From: an uncultured archaeon
GTDB taxonomy: Archaea > Iainarchaeota > Iainarchaeia > Iainarchaeales > GW2011-AR10
Assembly (NCBI GenBank): GCA_964362395.1
Contig: CAYIER010000001.1
Coordinates: 1-34,786 of the forward strand
Length of the DNA stretch: 34,786 nucleotides
Direction of reading: 5' to 3'
The translations under genes were made by a program, and so were the position numbers. The notes below the pieces were generated by a model, which did no database searches, was not told the DNA's origin, and saw only the letters and a list, made by a program, of their open reading frames with translations. Below, one piece after another: positions 34,750-34,786 of the stretch (position 1 is its first letter; every line of letters begins with the position of its first letter).

Positions 34750-34786
34750 GCAACTAAAAATAGGCAAATAAATTTTTAAAACGCAG

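Overview
Archaeal chromosomal segment; gene content and divergence suggest a DPANN lineage, possibly Iainarchaeota/Diapherotrites (inference). It is mostly housekeeping: hjc, dnaG, tmk, three tRNAs, the rnp4-rps19e-rpl39e-rpl31e-eif6-rplX-pfdA-ftsY cluster, srp54, prepilin peptidase, ribD, rtcA, GGGP synthase, RPA, radA with a 494-aa intein, malic enzyme, redoxins and tpiA. The most striking unannotated signal is a family of dispersed, bipartite palindromic repeats at seven or more loci in the first 14 kb. Module X is AACAAATTGGCAA-N22-25-TTGCCAATTTGTT; module Y is GCATACATG-[GC hairpin]-CGRTAATATT; the stems show compensatory changes. One copy makes up most of a 142-nt BHB intron in tRNA-Gly(TCC), two Y modules sit as an inverted pair between two tRNAs, and one copy is flanked by a duplication of the srp54 3' end. 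Also notable: a co-oriented carbamate kinase-arginine synthetase (ArcE-like)-ALDH-aminotransferase-M42 peptidase cluster, two in-frame stops inside a perfect palindrome in the M42 gene, a non-P-loop RadA intein site, an orphan PD-(D/E)XK nuclease, and a multi-HTH gene overlapping a ccdA remnant.
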